Assembly: GCA_033763655.1 (NCBI GenBank)
Contig: JANRKD010000007.1
Coordinates: 20,796-84,795 of the forward strand
Origin: Alphaproteobacteria bacterium
GTDB lineage: Bacteria; Pseudomonadota; Alphaproteobacteria; Rickettsiales; UBA3002
Reading direction: 5' to 3'
Length of the DNA: 64,000 nucleotides
Shown piece by piece: positions 36,969 through 45,730 of this stretch. Below the pieces are notes generated by a model. That model made no database searches. It was given only the letters and a program-made list of their open reading frames with translations, and had not been told where the DNA came from. Position 1 is the first letter of the stretch. The number at the start of each line of letters is the position of its first letter. Made by a program: the position numbers and the translations under genes.

Positions 36969-38210
36969 ATGATGAATCGCGAGCGTTTTTGGAAATACGC
37001 CCTGCCCTGCCTGCTGACGGCGGCCCTGCTCGGCGGCTGCATGGCACCACCCGCGCCCGCACCCGGCATCCATCGCGGGCCGGTTCTGTCGCGCCCTGTT
37101 GTGACCCCGCCACCTTCCAACAGCGCACGCGCCATCGCCACGGCCGACAGCGCCACCGCCACCCCGCAAAAAACCGTGCGCATCGGACTGCTGGTGCCCC
37201 TCACCGGCCGCGAGGCCGAACTGGGCCGCGCCCTGCGCGACGCCGCTGCCGTCTCGTTGTTCGATAAATACACCCGCCTCTCCGCGCGCCAGCAGGGCGT
37301 GCGTGTCGAGCTGTTGCCGCGCGATACGGGCGACACGCCGCAGCAGGCCGCCGAGGCAATGGAGCACGCCCTTGCCGACGGTGCCGCGTTCATCATCGGG
37401 CCGTTATTTGCTGAAGCGACCAGCGCCGCCGCCCCGCGCGCACGGGCGAAAGACATCAGCGTGCTCAGCCTCTCCAACACCCGCACCCAGGCCAGCCCCG
37501 GCACCTACATGTTCGGATTTTCCCCGGCCGAACAGGCCGAGCGCGTGGTCAGTTATGCCATCGCCGCCGGTAAACCGCGTATTGCGGTACTGGCGCCGGG
37601 CGACGCGTTAGGCAACATCGTGCTCACCGCCGCGCGCAATGCCGCCCGGCATCAGGGGTTCGAACTGGCCGCCGAGGCGACCTACCTGCCTCAGGGTGCC
37701 GATATTGAAGGTGCGCTCAATCGCCTGATGCCGCCGGGAACTGCCCCTGCTTTCGATGCGCTCCTGATTCCCGAAGGCGGCCCGGCGCTCGACACTCTCC
37801 TGCGCGGGCTGAGTGCGCGCGGCGTCACCCCGGGCAGCATGCAATTTCTCGGGACGGGCCTGTGGGACGATGCCGAGCTGCTGCAACGGGTTGCGCTCGA
37901 CAAAGCATGGGTGGCGTCAAGCCCGCCCGAACTCACCGGCGCCTTCGACCGCCGCTTCCGGGAAACCTATGGCTACACGGCACCGCGTATTGCCAGCCTC
38001 GCCTACGATGCGGTAGCGCTCGCCGTCACCCTCGCCACTTCGGGCCGTCCTTTCGATGCCGCCACCCTGACCCAGAAGGCAGGGTTTTCCGGGCCGACCA
38101 ACGGCATTTTCCGCCTGCGCGCCAACGGGCTGGTACAGCGCGGCCTTGCGGTGATGGAAGTGCATGGCCGCAGCCTGCGGGTCATTTCCCCCGCCCCCGC
38201 CGGTTTTTAG
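36969..38210 (+). CDS. LppC/LpoA-like penicillin-binding protein activator lipoprotein
   Basis: LGGC lipobox, IGLLVPLTG, IIGPLF, LGTGLW, LAYDAV, GF.G..GIFR; divergent from rsmI as usual. Confidence 0.87.
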   Translation: MMNRERFWKYALPCLLTAALLGGCMAPPAPAPGIHRGPVLSRPVVTPPPSNSARAIATADSATATPQKTVRIGLLVPLTGREAELGRALRDAAAVSLFDKYTRLSARQQGVRVELLPRDTGDTPQQAAEAMEHALADGAAFIIGPLFAEATSAAAPRARAKDISVLSLSNTRTQASPGTYMFGFSPAEQAERVVSYAIAAGKPRIAVLAPGDALGNIVLTAARNAARHQGFELAAEATYLPQGADIEGALNRLMPPGTAPAFDALLIPEGGPALDTLLRGLSARGVTPGSMQFLGTGLWDDAELLQRVALDKAWVASSPPELTGAFDRRFRETYGYTAPRIASLAYDAVALAVTLATSGRPFDAATLTQKAGFSGPTNGIFRLRANGLVQRGLAVMEVHGRSLRVISPAPAGF

Positions 38211-38241
38211 GAACGGCCATCTTCGCGCATGGCTGTCGCCG

Positions 38242-39186
38242 CTACATTCCACCGCCGAGGCGACGGAGGATTTCATCGAGTTGCGACAGCGAATCGTAGC
38301 TGATAATCACCTCGCCCGCCTGCGCGCCGCGCGTGTCGATGCTGACGCGCAACCCGAGCGAATCGGCCAGCATATTTTCGAGCTGCTGCACGTCGTCGCT
38401 TTTTTCGCTGCCGCTGCGACGTAGCCCCTGTGGCCGCTGCTTGGGCAGCGAAACCACCGTCGTCACCGTGTCGTTTCTTTCGTCCGGCGTCACACCTTTG
38501 GCACGCTCTTCAGCCTGCCGCACCGAAAGGCCGATTTCGACAATCTGCTGCGCCAGCAATTCAGGGTCAGCCGCCATCAGCAGCGCGCGCGCATGGCCCA
38601 TGGTCAGCTCGCCCGAATCAATGCGTTTCTTGATGCCTTCAGGTAATTTCAGCAGGCGCAGCAGATTGGCAATATGGCTGCGGCTCTTACCGACCATCGG
38701 CGCCAGTTTTTCCTGCGTGTAGCCGAATTCATCCATCAACCGCTGGTAGCCCGCCGCTTCTTCGAGCGGGTTTAAGTCGCTGCGCTGGATGTTTTCAATC
38801 AGCGCCAGTTCGAGGGCCTGCGCGTCGTTCGCCTCGCGGAGAATGACCGGCACCATCGCCAGCGCCGCACGCTGGGCCGCCCGCCAGCGCCGCTCGCCGG
38901 CGATAATTTCATAAAGGCCCACCCCGAGCATCCGCACCACGATCGGCTGCATCAGCCCATGCTTGGTGATGGAAGCCGCCAGCTCCGAAAGCGCCGCGTC
39001 ATCAAAATGGCGGCGCGGCTGGTATTTGCCCGGTTGCAGCTGGCCGAGCGGCAGATGCATGACATCGCGCGCGCCGCCCGTGTCGCCATTAAGGCGCACC
39101 GGGGTGATTTCGGCGAGCACCGCCTCCCCCATCAGCGAGGAAAGCCCGCGGCCAAGGCCTTTGGATTTGGTTGCATTGTTTGACAT
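38242..39186 (-). CDS. parB: Chromosome partitioning protein ParB
   Basis: GLGRGL, QPR..F, IAGERRWRA, ENIQR.DL, HTH, LTMGHARAL. Confidence 0.97.
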   Translation of the reverse strand: MSNNATKSKGLGRGLSSLMGEAVLAEITPVRLNGDTGGARDVMHLPLGQLQPGKYQPRRHFDDAALSELAASITKHGLMQPIVVRMLGVGLYEIIAGERRWRAAQRAALAMVPVILREANDAQALELALIENIQRSDLNPLEEAAGYQRLMDEFGYTQEKLAPMVGKSRSHIANLLRLLKLPEGIKKRIDSGELTMGHARALLMAADPELLAQQIVEIGLSVRQAEERAKGVTPDERNDTVTTVVSLPKQRPQGLRRSGSEKSDDVQQLENMLADSLGLRVSIDTRGAQAGEVIISYDSLSQLDEILRRLGGGM

Positions 39187-39225
39187 GGTTTTTCTCCCGG
39201 CGAATAAAAATGAATGGATAACTGC

Positions 39226-40014
39226 TTAGGCTGCCGTGCGGGCGGCAAACTGTTTCTCGCGCTGGATCACTTCGCGCGCGAGCTGAAGATAGGCCTGGCT
39301 ACCCGGGCATTTCAGATCATAGACCAGCGCCGGTTTGCCGTGACTTGGCGCTTCCGACATCCGCACATTGCGGGGGATGACTGTCTTATACACCTCGGCG
39401 CCGAGGAAGCCGCGCACATCCTCCTCGATCTGTTCGGTGAGTTTGTTGCGGCGGTCATACATGGTCAGCACCACGCCATGGATGGTGAGGGCGGGATTGA
39501 GGTTGCCCTGCACCCGCTTGATGGTTTTCAGCAGATGGGCGAGGCCCTCAAGAGCATAGAACTCGCATTGCAGCGGGATGAGCACCGCATCGCTGGCCGT
39601 CAGGGCGTTGAGCGTCAGCAGCCCGAGCGAAGGCGGGCAGTCGATAATGGCGTAATCCCAGTGGCGCGGCATCGAGGCCAGCGCCTGTTTTAATTGAAAT
39701 TCCCTTTTATCCATGGTTACAAGCTCAATCTCGGCCCCGGTGAGGTCGATGGTCGCCGGCGCCACCGAAAGCCGTGGAATGGCCGTTTTAACCGCCGCCT
39801 GTTCAAGCGACGTATTTCCGATGAGCACATCGTAGCTGGTGCGCACCCGTTTGCTCTGGTCGATCCCCAGCCCGGTCGAGGCATTGCCCTGCGGGTCGAG
39901 GTCGATCACCAGCACCTGTTTGCCAATCGCCGCCAGCGCCGTCGCCATATTGACCGCGGTGGTGGTTTTGCCCACCCCGCCTTTTTGGTTTACCACCGAG
40001 ATAATGCGCGTCAT
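39226..40014 (-). CDS. parA: Chromosome partitioning ATPase ParA
   Basis: NQKGGVGKTT, DLDPQGNA, DCPPSLG, QCEFYALEG, SEAPSHG. Confidence 0.97.
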   Translation of the reverse strand: MTRIISVVNQKGGVGKTTTAVNMATALAAIGKQVLVIDLDPQGNASTGLGIDQSKRVRTSYDVLIGNTSLEQAAVKTAIPRLSVAPATIDLTGAEIELVTMDKREFQLKQALASMPRHWDYAIIDCPPSLGLLTLNALTASDAVLIPLQCEFYALEGLAHLLKTIKRVQGNLNPALTIHGVVLTMYDRRNKLTEQIEEDVRGFLGAEVYKTVIPRNVRMSEAPSHGKPALVYDLKCPGSQAYLQLAREVIQREKQFAARTAA

Positions 40015-40038
40015 AAGGACCTGCCTGTTGCTTATTGC

Positions 40039-40659
40039 TTAGTCGTCTTCGCGGATGCGATTTAGTTCCGTTATCGTAATTAACGAGGATTCAGCATTGG
40101 TTTTGCTTGGTTTCAGCCCCTGCGAAAACCGCCAGTGCCGCCGGGCCTCTGCCAGCTCGTCGGCATAATTGGCGCCTTTGGGGAAAATCCCTGTCCCGCC
40201 AGGTTGCAGCAGCCGGTGGGCCATGGGCAGCAACTGCGCCAGCGGTGCCAGCGCCCGCGCCGTCACCACATCGTAACGGCGGGTGAGTTTCGCCAGATCC
40301 ATCGCTTCCACCGTTACATTCGAAAGCCCGAGCAGGCGCTTCGCTTCTTTAAGGAAAGCCGCCTTACGTTGATCCTGCTCCACCAGCGTTACTTTCAGAT
40401 CCGGGCGGGCAAGGGCGATCACCATCCCCGGCAATCCGGCGCCGCTCCCGAGATCGACCAGCGAAGCCGCCCCGGAAGGAATCAGCTCAACTATCTGGGA
40501 ACTATCATCAATATGGCGCGACCACACTTGCGATTCCGTCGCCGGGCCGATTAAATTAATCGCGCGGTTCCATTTCAGCAACAACGCGACATAATCCGTC
40601 AAGGGCGAAAATGTTTCACGTGAAACATTTTGTAGCGGCGATGTGGTCGATGCGGTCAT
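40039..40659 (-). CDS. rsmG: 16S rRNA m7G527 methyltransferase
   Basis: WN..INL, RHIDDS, DLGSGAGLPG, TARA, KG. Confidence 0.95.
   Translation of the reverse strand: MTASTTSPLQNVSRETFSPLTDYVALLLKWNRAINLIGPATESQVWSRHIDDSSQIVELIPSGAASLVDLGSGAGLPGMVIALARPDLKVTLVEQDQRKAAFLKEAKRLLGLSNVTVEAMDLAKLTRRYDVVTARALAPLAQLLPMAHRLLQPGGTGIFPKGANYADELAEARRHWRFSQGLKPSKTNAESSLITITELNRIREDD
40612..40627. promoter_or_regulatory. parS site 1 (inside the rsmG 5' end)
   Basis: Exact TGTTTCACGTGAAACA. Confidence 0.93.
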
Positions 40660-40712
40660 GCGTCATGGCTTAGAGCAACCAACAAAACCTGTCCAGAGCG
40701 AAATAGAGAAAT

Positions 40713-40728
40713 TGTTTCACGTGAAACA
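40713..40728. promoter_or_regulatory. parS site 2 (intergenic, mnmG-rsmG)
   Basis: Exact TGTTTCACGTGAAACA within a 28-bp perfect palindrome at 40707-40734. Confidence 0.95.
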
Positions 40729-40739
40729 ATTTCTAATAA

Positions 40740-42599
40740 TCAAGCGACTTGTTGGCGTCTTTTCATGTGGGTCATGAGGGCGACGATGGCCGCAGGGGTC
40801 ACGCCGGGGATACGGCTGGCCGCACCCAGCGTCGGCGGTTTGGCGAGTTTAAGCTTCTGGCGGATTTCATTCGAGAGTGAACCGACCGAATCATAGTCCA
40901 GCCCGTCGGGTAGGCGTAATTGTTCATCCAGCCTGAAAAGATCAATATCGGCCTGTTGCCGCGCCAGGTAGGAGCGGTAGACCGAGTCAATCTCAATTTG
41001 CTCGCGAATATCGGCGCGAAATGTTGTTAATTGCGGCCAAATATCGGCAAGCTGCTCGAAGGTTATTTCCGGGTAAGCCAGCAAATCCAGAATGGAGCGT
41101 TTGACCCCATCCTGATTAATCTTCAACCCCAGCGCCACCGCTTTGTTGGGCGAAATTGTTTCACGTGAAACAATTTGCCGCGCGTCGTCGAGCAGCCGAT
41201 GTTTCACGTGAAACATTTCGGCGCGGGGAGGGCGGATACAGCCTAGCGCCAACCCCAGCGGGGTCAGGCGCAGATCGGCATTATCCGGGCGCAGGCTCAG
41301 GCGGTATTCCGAGCGCGAGGTAAACATGCGGTAAGGCTCCTGCGTGCCGAGCGTGGTCAGATCATCAATCATTACCCCGATATAGCCTTGCGAACGATCC
41401 ATCGTGAACGGCGCGCGGCCAAGGGCGGCGAGGGCGGCATTCAGACCCGCCATCAGCCCCTGGCCCCCAGCTTCTTCGTATCCGGTGGTGCCGTTAATCT
41501 GTCCGGCGAGGTAGAGGCCCGCGACTTTTTTCGCCTCAAGCGTCGGCTTCAATTCACGCGGGTCCACATAATCATATTCAATAGCATAGCCGGGACGAAT
41601 GATACGCGCGTTCTCAAGCCCGGGAATGGTGGCAATCAGCGCCCGCTGCACCTCTTCCGGGAGTGAGGTCGAGATGCCGTTCGGGTAGACCGTGCTGTCG
41701 TTGAGTCCTTCGGGTTCAAGGAAAATCTGATGGCGCGGGCGATCCGAAAACCGGGTAATTTTATCCTCAATCGACGGGCAGTAACGTGGCCCGCTGGATT
41801 GAATCTGCCCCGAATACATCGGCGAGCGATGCAGATTCTCGCGGATGATTGCGTGCGTCTTTTCCGTGGTATGGGTGATGTAGCAGGTAATTTGCGGCAC
41901 CGTCACGTTTTCGGTCAGGTAGGAAAACGGCACCGGCGGATGATCGCCGGGTTGCGGGGTTAAATGCTGCCATTGAATCGTCGTGCCATCAAGCCGGGCA
42001 GGGGTGCCGGTTTTGAGGCGGCCCATGGTAAGGCCGAGCGCGCGGATGGATTCCGCCAGCGCCACTGACGGTTTCTCGCCGACCCGGCCAGCCGGGGTCT
42101 GCTGCTCGCCGCAATGGATGAGGCCGTTCAGGAACGTGCCGGTGGTCAGCACCACTGAAGTCGTGGTATAATGGCGGCCCGAGGCCCCAAGCACCGCCTT
42201 CACCCGGCCGTTTTCCATGAGAATATCGTCTGCCGCGTCTTCGATGATGGTCAGGGTTTCATAAGTCGCCAGCAGGGCCTGCACCGCCGCGCGGTAGAGG
42301 GTGCGGTCGGCCTGCGCGCGCGGGCCACGCACCGCCGGTCCTTTGCTGGCGTTGAGCATTTTATAGTGGATGCCGGCGCGGTCAATCGCCTGCCCCATGA
42401 TGCCGTCGAGCGCGTCGATTTCGCGCACCAGCGTGCCTTTGGCAATGCCGCCAATCGCCGGGTTGCACGACATTTCACCGATGCTGGCCGCTTTGTGGGT
42501 CAACAGGCAGGCGCGGGCGCCAAGGCGTGCGGCGGCAGCGGCGGCTTCCGTGCCCGCATGCCCGCCGCCAATCACGATGACATCAAAATCCAGCGTCAT
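40740..42599 (-). CDS. mnmG: tRNA uridine-5-carboxymethylaminomethyl modification enzyme MnmG
   Basis: [51 protein letters not shown]; real start MTLDFD at 42599. Confidence 0.98.
   Translation of the reverse strand: MTLDFDVIVIGGGHAGTEAAAAAARLGARACLLTHKAASIGEMSCNPAIGGIAKGTLVREIDALDGIMGQAIDRAGIHYKMLNASKGPAVRGPRAQADRTLYRAAVQALLATYETLTIIEDAADDILMENGRVKAVLGASGRHYTTTSVVLTTGTFLNGLIHCGEQQTPAGRVGEKPSVALAESIRALGLTMGRLKTGTPARLDGTTIQWQHLTPQPGDHPPVPFSYLTENVTVPQITCYITHTTEKTHAIIRENLHRSPMYSGQIQSSGPRYCPSIEDKITRFSDRPRHQIFLEPEGLNDSTVYPNGISTSLPEEVQRALIATIPGLENARIIRPGYAIEYDYVDPRELKPTLEAKKVAGLYLAGQINGTTGYEEAGGQGLMAGLNAALAALGRAPFTMDRSQGYIGVMIDDLTTLGTQEPYRMFTSRSEYRLSLRPDNADLRLTPLGLALGCIRPPRAEMFHVKHRLLDDARQIVSRETISPNKAVALGLKINQDGVKRSILDLLAYPEITFEQLADIWPQLTTFRADIREQIEIDSVYRSYLARQQADIDLFRLDEQLRLPDGLDYDSVGSLSNEIRQKLKLAKPPTLGAASRIPGVTPAAIVALMTHMKRRQQVA
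41157..41172. promoter_or_regulatory. parS site 3 (inside mnmG, encodes VSRET)
   Basis: Exact TGTTTCACGTGAAACA. Confidence 0.92.
41200..41215. promoter_or_regulatory. parS site 4 (inside mnmG, encodes FHVK)
   Basis: Exact TGTTTCACGTGAAACA. Confidence 0.92.
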
Positions 42600-42627
42600 A
42601 AATCCCTTGGTGTTTGCCTGCGAAAAA

Positions 42628-42643
42628 TGTTTCACGTGAAACA
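42628..42643. promoter_or_regulatory. parS site 5 (intergenic, mnmE-mnmG)
   Basis: Exact TGTTTCACGTGAAACA. Confidence 0.93.
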
Positions 42644-42663
42644 TTGCGGGCGTTTGTTTCTTG

Positions 42664-44004
42664 CTATTTGCCGATGCAGAATCTCGAAAAAACGAGGTCC
42701 AATACATCATCGACCCAGATTTTGCCAGTCATTTTGCCAATGGCTGCCGCCGCCATCCGCAAATCCTCACAGGCAAGCTCCAGCGCCCCTTCGGCCCGAA
42801 ACCGTACAAGAGCCTGCAACGCCTCGGTAAGCGCCGCACGGTGGCGGGCACGGGTAATCAGCGGTGAGGCGACTTTATCCATCCGTTGCTCAATCATCGC
42901 CTGCAATGCTGCCAGAAATGCCTCCATCCCGGCCCCGGTCCGGGTTGAAACCGGCAACGCGGAAAAGGGCAGGACGGGCAGGGGGGCAAGGTCGGATTTG
43001 GTGGCCAGCACCAGGGTATTATTATCCATCTGCGCTTTTAATTCACTGCTTGATTCCGCTATCGTAGTGACCTCGCACAGCCGCAATGTAATCTCCGCAT
43101 GCCGGGCACGCAGCAAGGCCCGGCGCATACCTTCCGCCTCGATCTGCGGGGCATGGGCACGCAGCCCCGCCGTATCGACGAGGGTGACCGCATACCCGGC
43201 AATTTCCATCGGCACTTCGATCAGGTCGCGGGTGGTGCCCGCCTCAGCCGAGACAATCGCCGCTTCGCGCTTTGCCAACGCATTAAGAAGGCTTGATTTT
43301 CCGGCATTCGGTGGGCCGAGAATGACAATCTCCAGCCCTTCGCGGATTTTCTCGCCCACCCCGCCATCATCCAGCAAGGCCGCCAGCTCGCGGCGGAGTG
43401 CCTCCACCCGCTGCGTCGCCTCGCGCAGCACCGCGTCGGGGATCTCTTCTTCGGGGAAATCGATATAGGCTTCCATCAAGGCCAGCGGTTCAAGGATCGC
43501 CTGCCGCAACCCCTCGACCCGCGCGCTGAGCGTACCTCCCAACTGACGCATCGCCTGCGCGTGCTGCGAAGCGGTTTCCGCCTCGATTAAATCGGCGAGG
43601 CCCTCCGCCTGCGCTAAATCGAGCTTGTCGTTGCGAAAGGCGCGGCGGGCAAACTCGCCCGCTTCCGCCATCCGTAGTCCCGGGCAGGCGGCCAGCGCCT
43701 CCAGCAGCAACCGGATCACCGCGCGGCTACCATGGGTATGCAGCTCGACCACTTCCTCGCCGGTGAAGGAATGAGGGGCCGGAAAATAGAGGGCGAGGGC
43801 GGTGTCGATAATGCGTGATGCGTGATGCGTGATGCGTGATTCGAGTTTCACCAGCGTCGCCACCCTTGGTTTCAGCTTTTTCTCCACCCCGAGAAAACCC
43901 AGCGCCTGCCGTGCCGCCGGCCCGCTGAGGCGAAAAACGGCAACCCCTGCCCGCCCGGGAGCGGAAGCAAGGGCATAGATGGTGGAAGCGGGCATATGGT
44001 TCAT
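42664..44004 (-). CDS. mnmE: tRNA modification GTPase MnmE
   Basis: [45 protein letters not shown]. Confidence 0.97.
   Translation of the reverse strand: MNHMPASTIYALASAPGRAGVAVFRLSGPAARQALGFLGVEKKLKPRVATLVKLESRITHHASRIIDTALALYFPAPHSFTGEEVVELHTHGSRAVIRLLLEALAACPGLRMAEAGEFARRAFRNDKLDLAQAEGLADLIEAETASQHAQAMRQLGGTLSARVEGLRQAILEPLALMEAYIDFPEEEIPDAVLREATQRVEALRRELAALLDDGGVGEKIREGLEIVILGPPNAGKSSLLNALAKREAAIVSAEAGTTRDLIEVPMEIAGYAVTLVDTAGLRAHAPQIEAEGMRRALLRARHAEITLRLCEVTTIAESSSELKAQMDNNTLVLATKSDLAPLPVLPFSALPVSTRTGAGMEAFLAALQAMIEQRMDKVASPLITRARHRAALTEALQALVRFRAEGALELACEDLRMAAAAIGKMTGKIWVDDVLDLVFSRFCIGK
43811..43838. repeat. Heptamer tandem repeat (ATGCGTG)x4 inside mnmE
   Basis: Directly visible; translates on the minus strand as part of [12 protein letters not shown]. 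Confidence 0.9.
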
Positions 44005-44061
44005 GGGGGTGGGATGTAAGCGGATTGCAAGCGAAAGGCAAGCCGGGCGTCACGGGCCGCG

Positions 44062-45099
44062 TCAGGCGGTGCGCCGGGTATCCATCGCAAACCCCGCCAC
44101 CTCCATCAACCCGTGGGCGATGCGGGTGAGAGAGGCCTCGCCATAGCGTTTGGAATCCAGCTCCAGCCCTTGCAGTTTGGCCAGCGCAGTGGCACAGGCA
44201 CTTGTGTTCCAGCGGGTGGCATGGGCCTTCAGCAGCGGCTTCGCCTTAAAAAAAACGGGGGGCCGCAGCCCCTCAATCGCCGCGTCGAGGCTCATACCGG
44301 CTTCACGCCGGATGGCCAGCGCCTCCAGCCGCCCGAGATAGCGCATGACGCTGCGCACCAGCAGCAGGCCGTGATTGCCCTCCATCAGCAACCGGTCGGA
44401 CAGGCGGCACAGCGCCACCCGGTCACCCGAGGCGACGGCGTAGTTAAGCTCGTCGAAGCTTTTGTCGTTATTTTCGCCGACACTCGCCAGCACATCGTCG
44501 AGCGACACTTCCTCGACCTCGTCGCCGACATAAAGCGAGAGTTTCTCGATCTCGTTCAGGATAATCTGGCGATCCCCCGAAAGCTGGGAAGCCAGCAGGC
44601 GGGTGGCCTCGGTGCCGGCGCGCAGGCCATACCCGCGCAACGTATCGCGAATGAATTGCTCAAGCCCCGAGCCTTCGTCCTTGTAGCAGGCAATGGCCGC
44701 GACCTCGGGAGATTTTTCTGCCCAGAGGCGCAGTTTATCCGTGGCCGCCAGCGATTCGGTGACATAGACAATCAGGAAATTCTCAGGTGCGCGGCAGGCG
44801 AGGGCAGCCTCAAGGCCAGGCACCACGGCAGCGCCTGCGCCCGACACCAGCACCACGCGCTTAGGTGCCATCAGCGACATGGCGGCCAGTTCATCGGCCA
44901 GCAAGGCCCCGTCCTCGGCGAGCTGTTCGGCGGAAAACTCCACCCGCGCCATCGCGTCGGCATGTTTGCCCAGCCAGCTTTCCGCGAGGCCGGCGGCGCG
45001 CTGGCGCACCTGTCCGGCGTCCGTACCATAAAGCAGGGCGGCGCTCATCCGCTGCGGCGCACGGAGGAATCCGTCAATTTCGCGGGCGGAGAGTTTCAT
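44062..45099 (-). CDS. holA: DNA polymerase III delta subunit
   Basis: LLYG.D.G, CY.DE, EIEKL.LY, RPPVFFK; follows lptE. Confidence 0.9.
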   Translation of the reverse strand: MKLSAREIDGFLRAPQRMSAALLYGTDAGQVRQRAAGLAESWLGKHADAMARVEFSAEQLAEDGALLADELAAMSLMAPKRVVLVSGAGAAVVPGLEAALACRAPENFLIVYVTESLAATDKLRLWAEKSPEVAAIACYKDEGSGLEQFIRDTLRGYGLRAGTEATRLLASQLSGDRQIILNEIEKLSLYVGDEVEEVSLDDVLASVGENNDKSFDELNYAVASGDRVALCRLSDRLLMEGNHGLLLVRSVMRYLGRLEALAIRREAGMSLDAAIEGLRPPVFFKAKPLLKAHATRWNTSACATALAKLQGLELDSKRYGEASLTRIAHGLMEVAGFAMDTRRTA

Positions 45100-45730
45100 A
45101 ATCGTATACGGGCTGGAGGACGGGCAGTTTTTCAGACGGCGGCGGTTCAATGGCGCTGGCTTTGGGGTTGTTGAGCACCGGCAACAAGGTCGCCAGCCGC
45201 AACTTATAATCTTCGGCCAGTTCGCGGATGCCGCGTTTGCGGGCGTCTTCGATCGAGACATACGAGGCGAAATCGGCGGTCGGTGAGCTGTTATAGCTGC
45301 TGACGCGCCGGATGCTGCCGCTGGCGACCGGCTTGCCGTCGCTCAGGCGCGTGACGCTGTAGGAGCTGGTATAGACCAGATCGCCACGGCTGGCCGTACC
45401 ATCGGGGTTGACGAACAGAGCGACGTCGCTTTCAAAGAAAGTGATGGTGAGCGCAAAAAGCTTTTCGGATGCCAGCCCCTGCGGGTTCGAGCTATCCTCG
45501 ATTTCGCTCTTGAGCAGCTCGATATAACGGCGCGGGATAATGCTCGACCCCGCGACCGTTACGGCACTGCCCGTGACCCCAACCCGCACGGACGATAAAT
45601 CGACCGACAACGTATCGCGGTAATACTGCCCATGCAGCGGGGTAAAACCGCACCCGGCCAGCACCAGCAGGCCACCCAGCAGCGCGACGGCGCGGGCGGA
45701 CAGACAAAGCGCGGTGATTGCCCGGCTCAT
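45074..45730 (-). CDS. lptE: LPS assembly lipoprotein LptE
   Basis: [11 protein letters not shown] lipobox motif; lies between leuS and holA. Confidence 0.85.
   Translation of the reverse strand: MSRAITALCLSARAVALLGGLLVLAGCGFTPLHGQYYRDTLSVDLSSVRVGVTGSAVTVAGSSIIPRRYIELLKSEIEDSSNPQGLASEKLFALTITFFESDVALFVNPDGTASRGDLVYTSSYSVTRLSDGKPVASGSIRRVSSYNSSPTADFASYVSIEDARKRGIRELAEDYKLRLATLLPVLNNPKASAIEPPPSEKLPVLQPVYDYETLRPRN

Noticed and set aside
40612-42643. Repeated 16-bp palindromes as a CRISPR array or IS ends
   Set aside because: Irregular spacing, an exact match to the parS consensus, and adjacency to parAB.
42600-42710. Extended mnmG N-terminus MMYWTSFF...MFHVKH
   Set aside because: Overlaps the mnmE end and a parS site; homology starts at [13 protein letters not shown].
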